Shown one piece after another: positions 49,282 to 60,169 of a stretch of DNA of 64,000 nucleotides (the stretch's first letter is position 1; every line of letters begins with the position of its first letter). A program made the translations under genes and the position numbers. Source of the stretch: an uncultured delta proteobacterium (GTDB lineage: Bacteria > Desulfobacterota > Binatia > UBA9968); the NCBI GenBank assembly GCA_963755715.1, contig CAVWLW010000021.1, positions 1-64,000 of the forward strand, written 5' to 3'. The notes below the pieces were generated by a model, which did not search any database, had not been told where the DNA came from, and saw only the letters and a list, made by a program, of their open reading frames with translations.

Positions 49282-50402
49282 TGTCGCGATTGTTGCGCTC
49301 AAGGCCTTTCTCGTTCTCTTCATGGTGCTCAACCTGGCCGGCGTCTTGGGCTGGGTCGAGCGCAAGGGCAGCGCGCTGATTCAAGACCGCATCGGCGCCA
49401 ACCGCGCTTCCATCTTCGGCTTCGCCGGCATGGGATTGGTGAATACCTTGATCGCCGATCCGCTCAAGTTTCTCACCAAAGAAGATTTCATTCCGCCGGA
49501 CGGGCGACAAGCTGCTGCACACCTTGGCGCCTTGCATGGCGTTTTTTCCGGCGCTGGTCACTTTCGCGGTCATTCCCTTTGGCGATGTGCTCAACATCGG
49601 CGAACGCGCCATCAACCTGCAAGTCGCCAATCTCAACATCGGCATTCTTTACGTCTTTGCCATGGGCTCGCTCGGTGTTTACGGCATCGTGATCGGCGCC
49701 TGGGCGTCGAACAATAAATTTTCCCTGCTCGGCGGCGTGCGCGGCTCGGCGCAAATGATCTCCTACGAAGTCGCCATGGGGCTGTCGGTGATGGGTGTGC
49801 TGATGATTTATGGCACCCTCGAGCTGCAAGAAATCGCACGCGACCAAGGCACGCTGATTCGCGAGCTATTGCCGCAATGGCTAAGCTTCTTGCGGCCGAT
49901 TATCGGTTGGCTCCCCGCCTGGGGCATCTTTCTCCAGCCGTTGGGATTCTTACTCTTTTTTACTGCTGCGGTGGCGGAGACCAAACGGATTCCCTTCGAC
50001 CTGCCGGAAGGCGAATCGGAGCTCGTCGCTGGTTACCACGTCGAATACTCCGGCGGTAAATTTCTCATGTTCTTTGCCGGCGAATTCGCCGAGATCGTCA
50101 CTGCGGCGGGCTTGATCACCACGTTGTTCTTCGGCGGGTGGCAAGTGCCCTATCTGATGCGCGATGGATTTCACTTCCCCTGGGGCGCGGCTTGGCTGCT
50201 GCCGCATCTGGTGGTCGTCGTTCTCCAATTGGTCGCATTTACCGTGAAAGTCATCTTCTTTTGCTGGTTGCAGATTCTTTTGCGCTGGAGCGTGCCGCGT
50301 TTTCGTTACGATCAGGTGATGCGCCTCGGCTGGAAAATGATGCTGCCCGCGGCTTTACTCAACGTCGCGGTCACGGCGATCGTGATCGTCCTGGCGCAAT
50401 AG
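49271..50402 (+). CDS. nuoH: NADH-quinone oxidoreductase subunit H (apparent +1 frameshift near 49503)
   Basis: ERK..A.IQDRIG, AD.LK..TKE; then WASNNKFSLLGG, AQMISYE, PFDLPEGESELVAG, PRFRYDQ. Confidence 0.93.
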
Positions 50403-50409
50403 TCCAGTT

Positions 50410-50913
50410 ATGGATTTTTCAACATTCGTATTTTTCTTATTGGCCGGTCTCCTGGTGCTCTCGTCGCTGCTGGTGGTCTTTCTCCGCAACGTCGTGCACT
50501 GCGCTCTCGCGCTGGTCAGCGCGCTTCTAATTATCGCGATCCTGTTCGTGACTTTGCATGCGCCGATGCTCGGCGTCCTGCAGGTGATGGTCTACGCCGG
50601 CGCGATCATGGTGCTTTTTTTGTTCGTCATCATGTTTCTCAATCCCGCCGTTTTGGAGCGGGCAGGCACACTTTGGTGGAGCACGGCAACGGTGCTGGCT
50701 GTGCTGCTCGGCGGTTTGTTGGTGCCGTTATTTTTTAATAACGAGGTGGCGGGCGATCCGGTGGCGTCGACTGAATTCTTCGGCAGCCCGGAAATGCTCG
50801 CCAAAAGCCTGTTCAACGATTTTGTTCTGCCCTTCGAAATCGCTTCGGTCTTATTGTTGGTCGCGATCGTCGGCGCGGTGGTGCTGGCGAAACGGGAGCG
50901 CGTGGTCCGATGA
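50410..50913 (+). CDS. nuoJ: NADH-quinone oxidoreductase subunit J
   Basis: [37 protein letters not shown]. Confidence 0.95.
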   Translation: MDFSTFVFFLLAGLLVLSSLLVVFLRNVVHCALALVSALLIIAILFVTLHAPMLGVLQVMVYAGAIMVLFLFVIMFLNPAVLERAGTLWWSTATVLAVLLGGLLVPLFFNNEVAGDPVASTEFFGSPEMLAKSLFNDFVLPFEIASVLLLVAIVGAVVLAKRERVVR

Positions 50914-51212
50914 TGCCGCTCAATTACTATCTTATTCTGAGCGCGGTCGTTTTTGCCATCGGCGTAATCGGCGTGTTGATCCGGCGTAATTTAATCGTCG
51001 TTCTCATGTCGATCGAATTGATGCTCAACGCCGTAAACCTCACTTTCATCGCCTTCTCGCGCTATCTCGGTTCGGCGGTCGGGCAAGTCGCGGTCTTTTT
51101 TGTCCTGGCCGTGGCCGCCGCCGAAGCGGTCATCGGCCTCGCGATCATCATCTCGGTATTTCGCCAGCGCCAAAGTCTCGATCCTCAGGACATGCAGCTA
51201 CTCAAATGGTAA
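50910..51212 (+). CDS. nuoK: NADH-quinone oxidoreductase subunit K
   Basis: [26 protein letters not shown]. Confidence 0.95.
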   Translation: MMPLNYYLILSAVVFAIGVIGVLIRRNLIVVLMSIELMLNAVNLTFIAFSRYLGSAVGQVAVFFVLAVAAAEAVIGLAIIISVFRQRQSLDPQDMQLLKW

Positions 51213-53131
51213 CGAACAACCTCGCCTTGGCGGACTACGATCTGCTGCGCTGGATCCCGCTGATCCCGCTACTTGCGGCTGTGTTCAATCTTTTCTGGGG
51301 CCGCGCCTTGGGCCGGAAAACCGCCGGCGCGTTGGCCTGCGCGGCGGTGGGTGCTTCGTTCGTTCTAGCGTTTTACGTTTTCTGGCAACTGCCGTCGAAC
51401 GGCGTCTTCCGCGACCTGGTTTATACCTGGATCGATTCCGGTTCCTTCAAAGTGAATCTGTCGTTCCAAGTCGATGCATTGAGCGCGGTGATGCTGCTGA
51501 TCGTCACCGGCATCGGCTTTCTGATTCATATTTATTCCCTCGGCTACATGGAGCATGACGAGGGGATGGTGCGTTTTTTCATTTATCTCAATCTATTTAT
51601 CTTTTTCATGCTCGTTCTCGTGATCGGCGACAATCTCCTAACGCTCTTTGTCGGCTGGGAAGGCGTCGGCCTTTGCTCCTATCTCCTGATCGGTTTTTGG
51701 TATCAGGATCCCAACAACGCGATCGCCGGCAACAAAGCCTTCATCGTCAACCGCATCGGCGATTTTGGTTTTCTTCTGGGAATTTTTCTTCTGGTCACGG
51801 AGCTCGGCCGCCAGGGGATTTGGACGCTCGATTTCCTCGAATTGCAAAAGCATGCATCAATGCTCAGTCCGCATGTCATCGGCGTCATCACCTTGTTGCT
51901 CTTCATCGGCGCCACCGGCAAATCGGCGCAGCTCCCGCTCTTTGTCTGGCTGCCCGACGCCATGGCCGGCCCGACGCCGGTGAGCGCGTTGATCCACGCG
52001 GCCACCATGGTCACCGCCGGTGTTTATATGACTGCGCGGCTGCATTTTCTTTTTGCTCTGGCGCCGTCGACTCTAGCGCTGATCGCTTGGATTGGCGCCG
52101 CCACGGCATTCTTCGCGGCAACGATCGCGCTGACGCAAAACGATATTAAGAAGGTCTTGGCTTATTCCACCGTGAGCCAGCTCGGCTATATGTTCCTCGC
52201 CGTCGGTATGGGCGCATTCGGCGCGGCGATCTTCCATGTTTTCACCCACGCGTTTTTCAAGGCTTGCTTATTTCTCGGCTCGGGTAGCGTCATCCATGCT
52301 CTGGACGGCGAACAAGATATGCGCCGCATGGGCGGGCTCAAGGCGCATATGCCCACGACCTACTGGACTTACGTCGTAGCGACGTTGGCGATCGCCGGCG
52401 CGCCTTTTACGGCAGGTTTTTTCTCCAAGGATTTAATTTTGTGGCAAGCCTTCAGCCACGGCGCGATGGCGCTCTGGGCAATCGGCGTGATTACGGCGGG
52501 CATGACGGCTTTTTACATGTTTCGCCAATTGTTCATGGTGTTTCACGGCGAGTGCCGCGCCGATGCTCATGCCAAGGCGCATCTTCATGAGTCACCCGCG
52601 GTGATGACCCTGCCGTTGATCGTACTTGCGATCGGTTCGGTCTTCACCGGTTGGTTGGGCGCGCCGGAATATCTCTGGGGCAGCCGCTGGGAGCATTGGT
52701 TGGCCGCCGTATTCGGCGCGGCTGAAGGCCATCACGCTTCGGTGAGCACGGAAATCGTCGTGACTCTGCTCACGCTTGGCGTGGTCGCCGTCGGCATTTA
52801 CCTGGCCTACTTAAAATATGGACGCGCCGGGAGCGCAGTCGAGCAAAAAGATTTAGCGGGCGGCTTGCTCTATCAACTTTCGCTCAACAAATACTACGTC
52901 GATGAGATTTACGATTATGTTTTTGTCCGGCCGTTTACGGCGTGCTCTCGTTTTTTTGCCGAGTTCATCGATCCTTGGGTGATCGACGGCACGGTCAACG
53001 GCGTGGCCGCGCTCGTGCGCTGGTCAAGTCAGGTCTGGCGTGGCGTCCAGACAGGCAACGTGCAACATTATGCGGCGGGACTGCTGCTTGGCACCCTGGC
53101 CCTGCTCGCCTATTACCTCGGTCAATCTTAG
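51206..53131 (+). CDS. nuoL: NADH-quinone oxidoreductase subunit L
   Basis: [52 protein letters not shown]. Confidence 0.96.
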   Translation: MVTNNLALADYDLLRWIPLIPLLAAVFNLFWGRALGRKTAGALACAAVGASFVLAFYVFWQLPSNGVFRDLVYTWIDSGSFKVNLSFQVDALSAVMLLIVTGIGFLIHIYSLGYMEHDEGMVRFFIYLNLFIFFMLVLVIGDNLLTLFVGWEGVGLCSYLLIGFWYQDPNNAIAGNKAFIVNRIGDFGFLLGIFLLVTELGRQGIWTLDFLELQKHASMLSPHVIGVITLLLFIGATGKSAQLPLFVWLPDAMAGPTPVSALIHAATMVTAGVYMTARLHFLFALAPSTLALIAWIGAATAFFAATIALTQNDIKKVLAYSTVSQLGYMFLAVGMGAFGAAIFHVFTHAFFKACLFLGSGSVIHALDGEQDMRRMGGLKAHMPTTYWTYVVATLAIAGAPFTAGFFSKDLILWQAFSHGAMALWAIGVITAGMTAFYMFRQLFMVFHGECRADAHAKAHLHESPAVMTLPLIVLAIGSVFTGWLGAPEYLWGSRWEHWLAAVFGAAEGHHASVSTEIVVTLLTLGVVAVGIYLAYLKYGRAGSAVEQKDLAGGLLYQLSLNKYYVDEIYDYVFVRPFTACSRFFAEFIDPWVIDGTVNGVAALVRWSSQVWRGVQTGNVQHYAAGLLLGTLALLAYYLGQS

Positions 53132-53133
53132 TT

Positions 53134-54684
53134 ATGTTCGGCCTCGCGATCGGTCATCTGAGTATTTTGCTGGCGATCCCGGTGCTCGGCGCGGGGCTGC
53201 TGATCTTCATGCCGCGCCGGCAAACACACGCGCTCTTCGCCGTCGCGCTGTTCGCGAGCGCGCTCAACTTTCTCTGGTCGGTGAAAATTTTCGCCTTGTT
53301 CGACGGCACTAACGGTGACATGCAACTGGTCGAAAGCCTTCGATGGATGCCCAGTTTCGGCATCAACTACATCGTCGGCATCGACGGCATCAGCCTGTTT
53401 CTGGTTTTGCTGACGACCTTGCTCACGCCGATCGCCATCCTCGCGTCCTGGTCGGTGCAAGACAAAGTCAAAGAATATTTGATCTTCATGCTGCTGCTGG
53501 AGACCGGCATGCTCGGCGCTTTCGTGGCGCTGGATCTTTTTCTATTTTACGTTTTCTGGGAAGTCATGCTGGTGCCGATGTATTTTTTAATCGGCGTGTG
53601 GGGCGGGACGCGGCGCATTTATGCCGCGCTGAAATTCGTCGTCTACACGATGGCGGGCAGCCTGTTGATGTTGGTGGCGATCATCTATCTGGCGACCCGC
53701 CACGCGCAGACCGACCAAGCGCTCACTTTCGATTTGCTGAAACTCTACGGACTCCATCTGCCGATGGAGCAACAAATGTGGCTCTTTCTCGCCTTCGCTT
53801 TGTCGTTCGCGATCAAGGTGCCGCTGTTTCCCTTTCACACCTGGCTACCCGACGCTCACGTCGAAGCGCCGACGGCGGGCTCGGTGATCCTTGCCGGCGT
53901 GCTGCTCAAGCTCGGCACCTATGGTTTTCTCCGCTTTGCCATGCCGCTTTTTCCTGACGCGGCTATGGCCGCAGCCCCGGTCATTACGGCTTTAGCCGTG
54001 ATCGGCATCATTTACGGCGCGGTGGTGGCAATGATGCAGAGCGATATCAAAAAGCTCGTCGCGTATTCCTCGGTCAGTCATCTCGGTTTTGTCATGCTCG
54101 GCTTGTTCGCACTGAATATTCAAGGCGTTCAGGGCGGTATTTACCAGATGATCAATCACGGGCTTTCCACCGGCGCCCTGTTTCTGTTGGTCGGGATGAT
54201 CTACGATCGGCGTCATACAAGGGCGATCGCTGAATTCGGTGGCTTGTGGAAACAGCTGCCGATATTTTCCGCTGTCCTTCTGGTGGTGACGTTCTCTTCG
54301 ATCGGTTTGCCGGGCCTGAACGGCTTCGTCGGCGAGTTTCTTATCTTGCTCGGTTCTTTTAGCGTAACGCCGCTGTGGACCGCGGCGGCCGCGACCGGCG
54401 TCATTCTCGGTGCGATTTACATGCTCTGGATGGTTCGCCGGGTTATCTTCGGTCCGCTGTCCAACGCTGCAAATGAAAAATTGGCGGATTTAAATGCCCG
54501 GGAAATTTGTCTGCTTGCGCCGATTCTATTCTTGATCGTGCTGATGGGTGTTTACCCGCAGCCGTTTTTGCGGCGCATGCAACCGGCGGTCGAATCGACC
54601 TTGAAGAGAATGGCTGCGGTCAGCACCGCGCCCGTGGTGGCCGATCACGGATCCAGCGAAGAGACCGAGAGCAATGGACGTTAA
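53134..54684 (+). CDS. nuoM: NADH-quinone oxidoreductase subunit M
   Basis: FYVFWE, KVPLFPFHTWLPDAHVEAP, AYSSVSHLG, GFVGEF; start set to ATG 53134. Confidence 0.96.
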   Translation: MFGLAIGHLSILLAIPVLGAGLLIFMPRRQTHALFAVALFASALNFLWSVKIFALFDGTNGDMQLVESLRWMPSFGINYIVGIDGISLFLVLLTTLLTPIAILASWSVQDKVKEYLIFMLLLETGMLGAFVALDLFLFYVFWEVMLVPMYFLIGVWGGTRRIYAALKFVVYTMAGSLLMLVAIIYLATRHAQTDQALTFDLLKLYGLHLPMEQQMWLFLAFALSFAIKVPLFPFHTWLPDAHVEAPTAGSVILAGVLLKLGTYGFLRFAMPLFPDAAMAAAPVITALAVIGIIYGAVVAMMQSDIKKLVAYSSVSHLGFVMLGLFALNIQGVQGGIYQMINHGLSTGALFLLVGMIYDRRHTRAIAEFGGLWKQLPIFSAVLLVVTFSSIGLPGLNGFVGEFLILLGSFSVTPLWTAAAATGVILGAIYMLWMVRRVIFGPLSNAANEKLADLNAREICLLAPILFLIVLMGVYPQPFLRRMQPAVESTLKRMAAVSTAPVVADHGSSEETESNGR

Positions 54685-56116
54685 TCTCCTGCCGCTCCTC
54701 CCGGCCATACAGGTGCTGGTCACAGCGCTGGTCGTCCTGGTGCGCGATTTATTTATCGACGAACATGAGCCCAAGGGTTACTTGGCGTTTATCAGTCTGC
54801 TCGGCATCGGTCTTGCCGTCGCCGAGGCTCTCCTGCTTTGGGGCGGACAGGAAAGCGCTTTTGGCGAGAGTATTGTCCTCGATAGCTTTGCGCTCTATTT
54901 TTCGCTGATTTTTTTGCTGGCGGCCGCGCTCACGATTCTCTCGGCGATCCACTATCTGCGCCAGACCGGTATCCATGAAGGCGAATTTTACGCGCTGATT
55001 CTTTTCGCGACGGTCGGCATGATAATCATGGCCGCCGCCAACGATTTGTTGGTTTTTTTTCTCGGCTTGGAAACCATGTCCATCGCCGTTTACGTGCTGA
55101 CCGGCATGTGGCGCGCGAGCGCTCGCTCCAGCGAAGCGGCGATGAAGTATTTTATCATGGGCGCTTTTGCCACCGGGTTTCTCCTCTACGGCATCGCGTT
55201 GATCTACGGTGCCACCGGCTCGACGAACCTCAATTTGATCGCCGACTTTCTCATCGAACAGCCGAGCGATTGGCCGCTTTATTTGATCGGCGGCGGGTTT
55301 CTCTTGCTGGTCGGCTTCGCATTCAAAGTCGGCGCCGTGCCGTTTCATTTCTGGGTGCCGGACGTCTATGAAGGCGCGCCCACACCAGTCACCGGATTTA
55401 TGGCCGTCGCCGTCAAGGCCGCGGCGTTTGCCGCCTGGGCGCGCATCCTGCTTCACAAGTTCTCGCCGCTCGACACGGACTGGGTTTTCCCCCTGTGGGT
55501 GATTGCCATCGCCACGATGACATTCGGCAACCTACTAGCAATCACCCAAACCAGCGTGAAGCGCATGCTGGCTTACTCCAGTATCGCCCATGCGGGTTAC
55601 CTGCTGATCGCCATCGTCGTCGGCGAAGAATGGGGCGGCCTGCCGCTGGTCTTTTATGTGGCGACTTACGCCTTCATGACGCTCGGCGCTTTCGCGGTGT
55701 TGACCTGCGTGGCGGACGGCGATGCGCTCAACGAGAGCTATCGTGATTTTGCCGGATTAGGATTCAAACGACCCTTTCTCGGCTTGGCCATGTCGCTGTT
55801 TATGTTGTCCCTCGCCGGTTTTCCGCCGCTCGCCGGTTTCGCCGGGAAATTTTATATTTTCCGCGGCGCGGTGCTGTCCGGCCATCTCGGCTTGGCGATT
55901 ATCGGCGTGCTGAACAGTCTGCTCTCCGTGATTTACTATCTGCGAGTTATCGTCGCCATGTATATGGAAGAAGGTGGCGCCGCGGGCAAGAGCTTCGCTC
56001 AAGCGCCGTACGTTTACATCGCGATCGCTCTCGCGGTGATCGGCACGATTTATCTGGGAGTCCTGCCGGCGACGGCTCTCGACTGGAGCCGCGTGGCGTT
56101 TTCTTCCCTGGAGTGA
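54674..56116 (+). CDS. nuoN: NADH-quinone oxidoreductase subunit N
   Basis: EAAMKYF, FKVGAVPFHFWVPDVYEGAP, KRMLAYSSIAHAG. Confidence 0.96.
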   Translation: MDVNLLPLLPAIQVLVTALVVLVRDLFIDEHEPKGYLAFISLLGIGLAVAEALLLWGGQESAFGESIVLDSFALYFSLIFLLAAALTILSAIHYLRQTGIHEGEFYALILFATVGMIIMAAANDLLVFFLGLETMSIAVYVLTGMWRASARSSEAAMKYFIMGAFATGFLLYGIALIYGATGSTNLNLIADFLIEQPSDWPLYLIGGGFLLLVGFAFKVGAVPFHFWVPDVYEGAPTPVTGFMAVAVKAAAFAAWARILLHKFSPLDTDWVFPLWVIAIATMTFGNLLAITQTSVKRMLAYSSIAHAGYLLIAIVVGEEWGGLPLVFYVATYAFMTLGAFAVLTCVADGDALNESYRDFAGLGFKRPFLGLAMSLFMLSLAGFPPLAGFAGKFYIFRGAVLSGHLGLAIIGVLNSLLSVIYYLRVIVAMYMEEGGAAGKSFAQAPYVYIAIALAVIGTIYLGVLPATALDWSRVAFSSLE

Positions 56117-56133
56117 GGTTCGCTCTGCCGCGG

Positions 56134-56970
56134 TCAATGGGGTTTGAGAAAAAAACCGATGCCGACGGGCACTTCCGCGGTGCCGGGCAGCCAGTCTTCG
56201 AATTTTCCCGACCTGACGTAAAGCTGAGCCGAACCGCCGCCGTCGAGGTTCAAAAGTTCTGGCGTTTCTAACTGCCATTTTGAGTTGGTGAAGATTTCTT
56301 GCAACTCGGAGAAACTCAATCCGCCAATCAACGCGTCAGTTACGCCGACGATAATCTGTCCCTGCTTGTCGATGCCGATCACGGCTCGGCGCGCGTAACG
56401 CCCGAGTCCGCTGGTGATTTCCACCGGTGCGCCGCGATGCAACAACAGCGGTCCGGATTGGAGCGCTTCGCTGGCCTGAGCCGGCTGAAACTCGTCGCGA
56501 TGCGTCACGAACGGCCCTGACTCGCCGATGCCGAAGACGCCGGTATACAAGGCATGTTTGGAAATGGTGCGATTGATTTCCTGCGCTGCGCTCTTGAGAT
56601 AGGCCAGAGGCCGGCCCTTCTCATCGAAGTAGTTGGCGTTGATCGCCGCGATCGCGCCGCTTTTCTCGGCGAAGGTTTTTGCGCTGGCGCTTTTCAGTTG
56701 CCATTGTCCGGCAGTCAAAACACGCGGAATGATGATTTGGCTGTCGAAGCGCAACAATCTGAGCTCAAGCGTATAGCTCGGCTCGGAGCGTTCCAGCGCG
56801 ACGGTGCGGAGCGCGACGCCTTTTTGCAGCGTCCGCCAGTGGCCGGCATCCATGACTGAGAGCGTCGTTCCGACCGACGGTTTTGCCGGCGTCTGCGAGC
56901 GGACCCACTCGACCGGGAACAACAGCACTGTCGAGACCAAGCTGATGAATAAAAGCCGTCGTGCAATCAT
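56134..56970 (-). CDS. Exported phosphodiester glycosidase (NAGPA) family protein
   Basis: Signal peptide; AINANYF, SGPLL, RAVIGI, NLDGGGS. Confidence 0.85.
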   Translation of the reverse strand: MIARRLLFISLVSTVLLFPVEWVRSQTPAKPSVGTTLSVMDAGHWRTLQKGVALRTVALERSEPSYTLELRLLRFDSQIIIPRVLTAGQWQLKSASAKTFAEKSGAIAAINANYFDEKGRPLAYLKSAAQEINRTISKHALYTGVFGIGESGPFVTHRDEFQPAQASEALQSGPLLLHRGAPVEITSGLGRYARRAVIGIDKQGQIIVGVTDALIGGLSFSELQEIFTNSKWQLETPELLNLDGGGSAQLYVRSGKFEDWLPGTAEVPVGIGFFLKPH

Positions 56971-57100
56971 GGCTGGTTCAAGATTAGCAAATGGCGTCGA
57001 AAAAAAAAGCTAAAAACTTTTCCGATGGAGCGCGCAGCTTGCGTCCTCGCGGTGATTGCTGATAACTATTTTGAAATAACATCGGCTTAGGGAGGCAACC

Positions 57101-57317
57101 ATGAAACGATATATTTATGTGATGATTCTTTGCCGGCCTGCTCGGCGGCGTTTCGGCCTGCGGCGATAAAAAGGATACCGCGGCGCGGGATCAAGAAGTG
57201 CAAAAGGTGATGCAGGAAGGCATGCAAAAGGAGAAATCGATGATGGAAGGCATGCAAAAGGGCGTCGAGAATATGGAGAAGAAGGCGACGGAACCAAAGG
57301 AAGAGGCGAAAAAGTAG
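57101..57317 (+). CDS. Small lipoprotein, about 71 aa (apparent +1 frameshift near 57130; absent from ORF track)
   Basis: RBS GGAGG; removing one T gives MKRYIYVMILAGLLGGVSA-CGDKKDTAARDQEVQKVMQEGMQKEKSMMEGMQKGVENMEKKATEPKEEAKK-stop with lipobox VSAC. Confidence 0.7.
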
Positions 57318-57356
57318 TCGCAGTCTCTGTCGGTTGCAATTCTACCCGGAGCGCTA

Positions 57357-57674
57357 TCAATCGCGGCGCCTGATCTCGAACACCACCCGATCCATGAGCG
57401 GCGGTGAATCCCGCAATGTAAGGATTTGCCGCCGCAAGTCCGCGTCGACCACTTGTGTCACGGTACACGGGAGCGTCTCTCCTTTCACCCGGAGCTCGAC
57501 AATCGGATTCTGAAGCATATTCTGACACCAGTGCTTGCCCTGGACGCGAGCCGATGATGCATAAAAGCATCCTTGGTAGTAGACAAAGCGAAGCTCCACG
57601 CGGCGCGGCTGTCCAGTCTTGCGTCCGGTCGTGGTCACATGCGCGACTACTGATGATCCGTCTTTTAGATTCAT
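57357..57674 (-). CDS. Deazaflavin (F420)-dependent nitroreductase-like (Ddn/split-barrel) protein
   Basis: TTTGRKTGQPRRV, WCQNMLQNP motifs; start set to ATG 57674. Confidence 0.75.
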   Translation of the reverse strand: MNLKDGSSVVAHVTTTGRKTGQPRRVELRFVYYQGCFYASSARVQGKHWCQNMLQNPIVELRVKGETLPCTVTQVVDADLRRQILTLRDSPPLMDRVVFEIRRRD

Positions 57675-57842
57675 GGGCGTAAATATAGGGTGATGCGTAG
57701 TTTGAAACAAGCGAGCTTAATGCTCGGATCTAACGAGCTATGCCGATATCACGATCGCCTTGACTCGTTCGAGTGGGCAAGGATAAGCTTGGCGGAATTT
57801 GATTAACAATCGGCGCGAGCCAAATTTCGTCGGAGGCGAATC

Positions 57843-58667
57843 ATGGCGACAAAGAAATCGACGGGAATCAATCCGACAATGGTCAAATACGGCGGCGGCA
57901 TCAGCGCGGTGCGCGCTTTACCGAAGGCCAAGGGCAAGCGTCCGGCGGTTATCATTCTGCACGAACGCTACGGCATCGATCAGCATACGAAAGATTTAAC
58001 GGTCAAATTGGCTCAGGCGGGCTTCGTCGGCCTGGCGCCCGATTTGTTTCATCGTTTCGCCGGCGATCGTAAAGCAGTCTTGCGCGGCGAGCAGAGGGTC
58101 GATCTGACCGACGACGGCGCGCTGGAGGATTTGAACGGCGCGGTGGAATACCTGAAAAAACTGAAAGAAGTCGACGGCGCGCGGATTGGCATCATCGGCG
58201 TTTGCCAAACCGGTCGGCAACCGGTGCTGTTGGCGGCGAAACGAAATGACGTCGCGGGCGCGGTGGTGCTTTACGGCGCTGTCGGCGGCCGGGAGTGGCA
58301 GGGCAACGAGCTCCGCCCGACGCCGATCGAAGAGTTGATCGCGCAGGTGAATTGTCCCGTGCTCGGGGTCTTCGGCGAAGCCGACCACATCATCTCCCTC
58401 GACGATGTCCTACGGTTTCGCAACTGCTTGGAAAAGTCGAAGAAGAATTATCATATTCGCGTTTATCCCGGCGCACCGCACGGCTGGCTGAACGACACCA
58501 TGCCGGGGCGCTACCGCAAGGACGCGGCGAAGGACGCCTGGAGCCTGATGATGTCGTTTCTAAAGCAATGCTTTGCCGGAGGCTGGAGCAAGGATAAGAT
58601 CGTCGGCAAGTACGAAAGCGAATACTCAGCGAATTACGATTTCTCCAAAAACGTTCGGCTCGAATAG
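57843..58667 (+). CDS. Dienelactone hydrolase family protein
   Basis: HERYG, APDLF, nucleophile GVCQTG, GEAD, YPGAPHGW. Confidence 0.9.
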   Translation: MATKKSTGINPTMVKYGGGISAVRALPKAKGKRPAVIILHERYGIDQHTKDLTVKLAQAGFVGLAPDLFHRFAGDRKAVLRGEQRVDLTDDGALEDLNGAVEYLKKLKEVDGARIGIIGVCQTGRQPVLLAAKRNDVAGAVVLYGAVGGREWQGNELRPTPIEELIAQVNCPVLGVFGEADHIISLDDVLRFRNCLEKSKKNYHIRVYPGAPHGWLNDTMPGRYRKDAAKDAWSLMMSFLKQCFAGGWSKDKIVGKYESEYSANYDFSKNVRLE

Positions 58668-58684
58668 GAGATCCGCTTGCGGCC

Positions 58685-59653
58685 ATGAAAAGAAAACGAA
58701 TTTTTCATCGACTTCGATTCGCGATTTTCTGCAGCTTGGTTATGACAGTGTCATCGCTCGGCTCGCCGTCATTGCTGCAAGCCGAACGCGTGACCATCGC
58801 GACACCGAGCCGCGGTCTGTTCGAATTTCCCGTCGTCGTCGCCACGCGCAAGGGATTTTATAAAAGCGAAGGGATCGACGTGGACAAAGTTCAGATGCAG
58901 CCGGCCGTCGGCGTCAAAGCTTTAATCTCCGGCGATGTCGATTATTTGCTCGCTTGGGGATCGGCGCTACGCGCGGCGGTGACCGGCGTCCCCATCAAAG
59001 CCGTGGTCGGCATCGCCGGCCGGCCCTTGCATGTCCTGGTTGCCCGCCCTGAAATCAAGACGCCAAAAGACCTGAAAGGAAAAGTGATCGGCGTCGACTC
59101 GGTTGCCGGCACGGTGGATTACCTTTCGCGAGTCGCCGTGCGCCATTTTGGCTTCGAGCCGGAGAAGGACGTAAAGATCATCGTCACCGGCGAAAGCCCG
59201 ACGCGCTTGGCTGCGCTGCACGCCGGCTCGATCGATGCGACGGCGATCGATGTCGCCTTTGCCGTGAAGGCCGAAGACGAAGGTTTTAGGCGACTCGTTT
59301 ATCTCGGAGACCTCATCGAATTGCCGTTGTCGGGTATGGCGGTCACGGACCATAAGCTCCAAACCCAGAGGGATCAAGTGAGACGAGTCGTGCGTGCCAC
59401 GGTGCGCGGCACGCGCTACTTGAAGCAGAATCGGAGCGAGATGGTGCAGATGCTTGCCGATTATCTGCATATTACGCCGGGGCAGGCGGCCAGAGCCTAC
59501 GACGCCTCGATCAACTCGTTCAGCGACGACGGCACGATTTCCGACAAAGGCGTGCAGCTGGACGTGCAGCTTACGAAAGAAAGACTCAAGCTGACCAAGG
59601 ATATTCCGTTGAGCCAATTGGTGGATTGGAGTTTGGTGAAGGAGATAAAATAA
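58685..59653 (+). CDS. NitT/TauT family ABC substrate-binding protein
   Basis: KGFYKSEGIDV, ALISGDVD, DLKGKVIGV, AALHAGSIDA. Confidence 0.87.
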   Translation: MKRKRIFHRLRFAIFCSLVMTVSSLGSPSLLQAERVTIATPSRGLFEFPVVVATRKGFYKSEGIDVDKVQMQPAVGVKALISGDVDYLLAWGSALRAAVTGVPIKAVVGIAGRPLHVLVARPEIKTPKDLKGKVIGVDSVAGTVDYLSRVAVRHFGFEPEKDVKIIVTGESPTRLAALHAGSIDATAIDVAFAVKAEDEGFRRLVYLGDLIELPLSGMAVTDHKLQTQRDQVRRVVRATVRGTRYLKQNRSEMVQMLADYLHITPGQAARAYDASINSFSDDGTISDKGVQLDVQLTKERLKLTKDIPLSQLVDWSLVKEIK

Positions 59654-59780
59654 GAACTGGTTTTGCTTTACGTCAATATGTTTGTGATGTGCTGCCGATT
59701 TGGATCATTCAGATGCGCTGTTAAAGATCTTAGAATTTAATACCGGCTGAAAGCGGTAATGGCATTACGAGGGAATTTTC

Positions 59781-60167
59781 ATGTTAACAGGTTCATGTCT
59801 CTGTGGCGGCGTTCGATATGAAATCGACGGTGAGCTTGGCGCGGTGACTAATTGTCATTGCAGTCTCTGCCGTAAGATGTCGGGATCGGCTTTTTCGAGT
59901 GGGTCGACGATTCCGACGGCTTCGTTCCGTTTTGTCGCCGGTGAAGATTTGCTCAAGCAGTGGGAATCGTCGCCGGGTTATCATCGCGTGTTTTGCGGGC
60001 GCTGCGGATCACCGATTCTAAAGAAAAAAGATAAAGACCCTGAACACCTTCGCTTCCGTCCGGGAACTTTGGACAGCGATCCTGGGGTGAAAGCATCAAA
60101 GCACATTCATGTTGGATCGAAAGCACCGTGGGTGGAAATCAAAGACGGCTTGCCGCAGTCCGAATAA
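59781..60167 (+). CDS. GFA/CENP-V family Zn-binding protein
   Basis: [25 protein letters not shown]. Confidence 0.92.
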   Translation: MLTGSCLCGGVRYEIDGELGAVTNCHCSLCRKMSGSAFSSGSTIPTASFRFVAGEDLLKQWESSPGYHRVFCGRCGSPILKKKDKDPEHLRFRPGTLDSDPGVKASKHIHVGSKAPWVEIKDGLPQSE

Positions 60168-60169
60168 GG

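Noticed and set aside
57115-57570. Minus-strand ORF with PFACLP repeats
   Set aside because: The repeat is the reverse reading of the EGMQK repeat in the plus-strand lipoprotein, which has an RBS and lipobox
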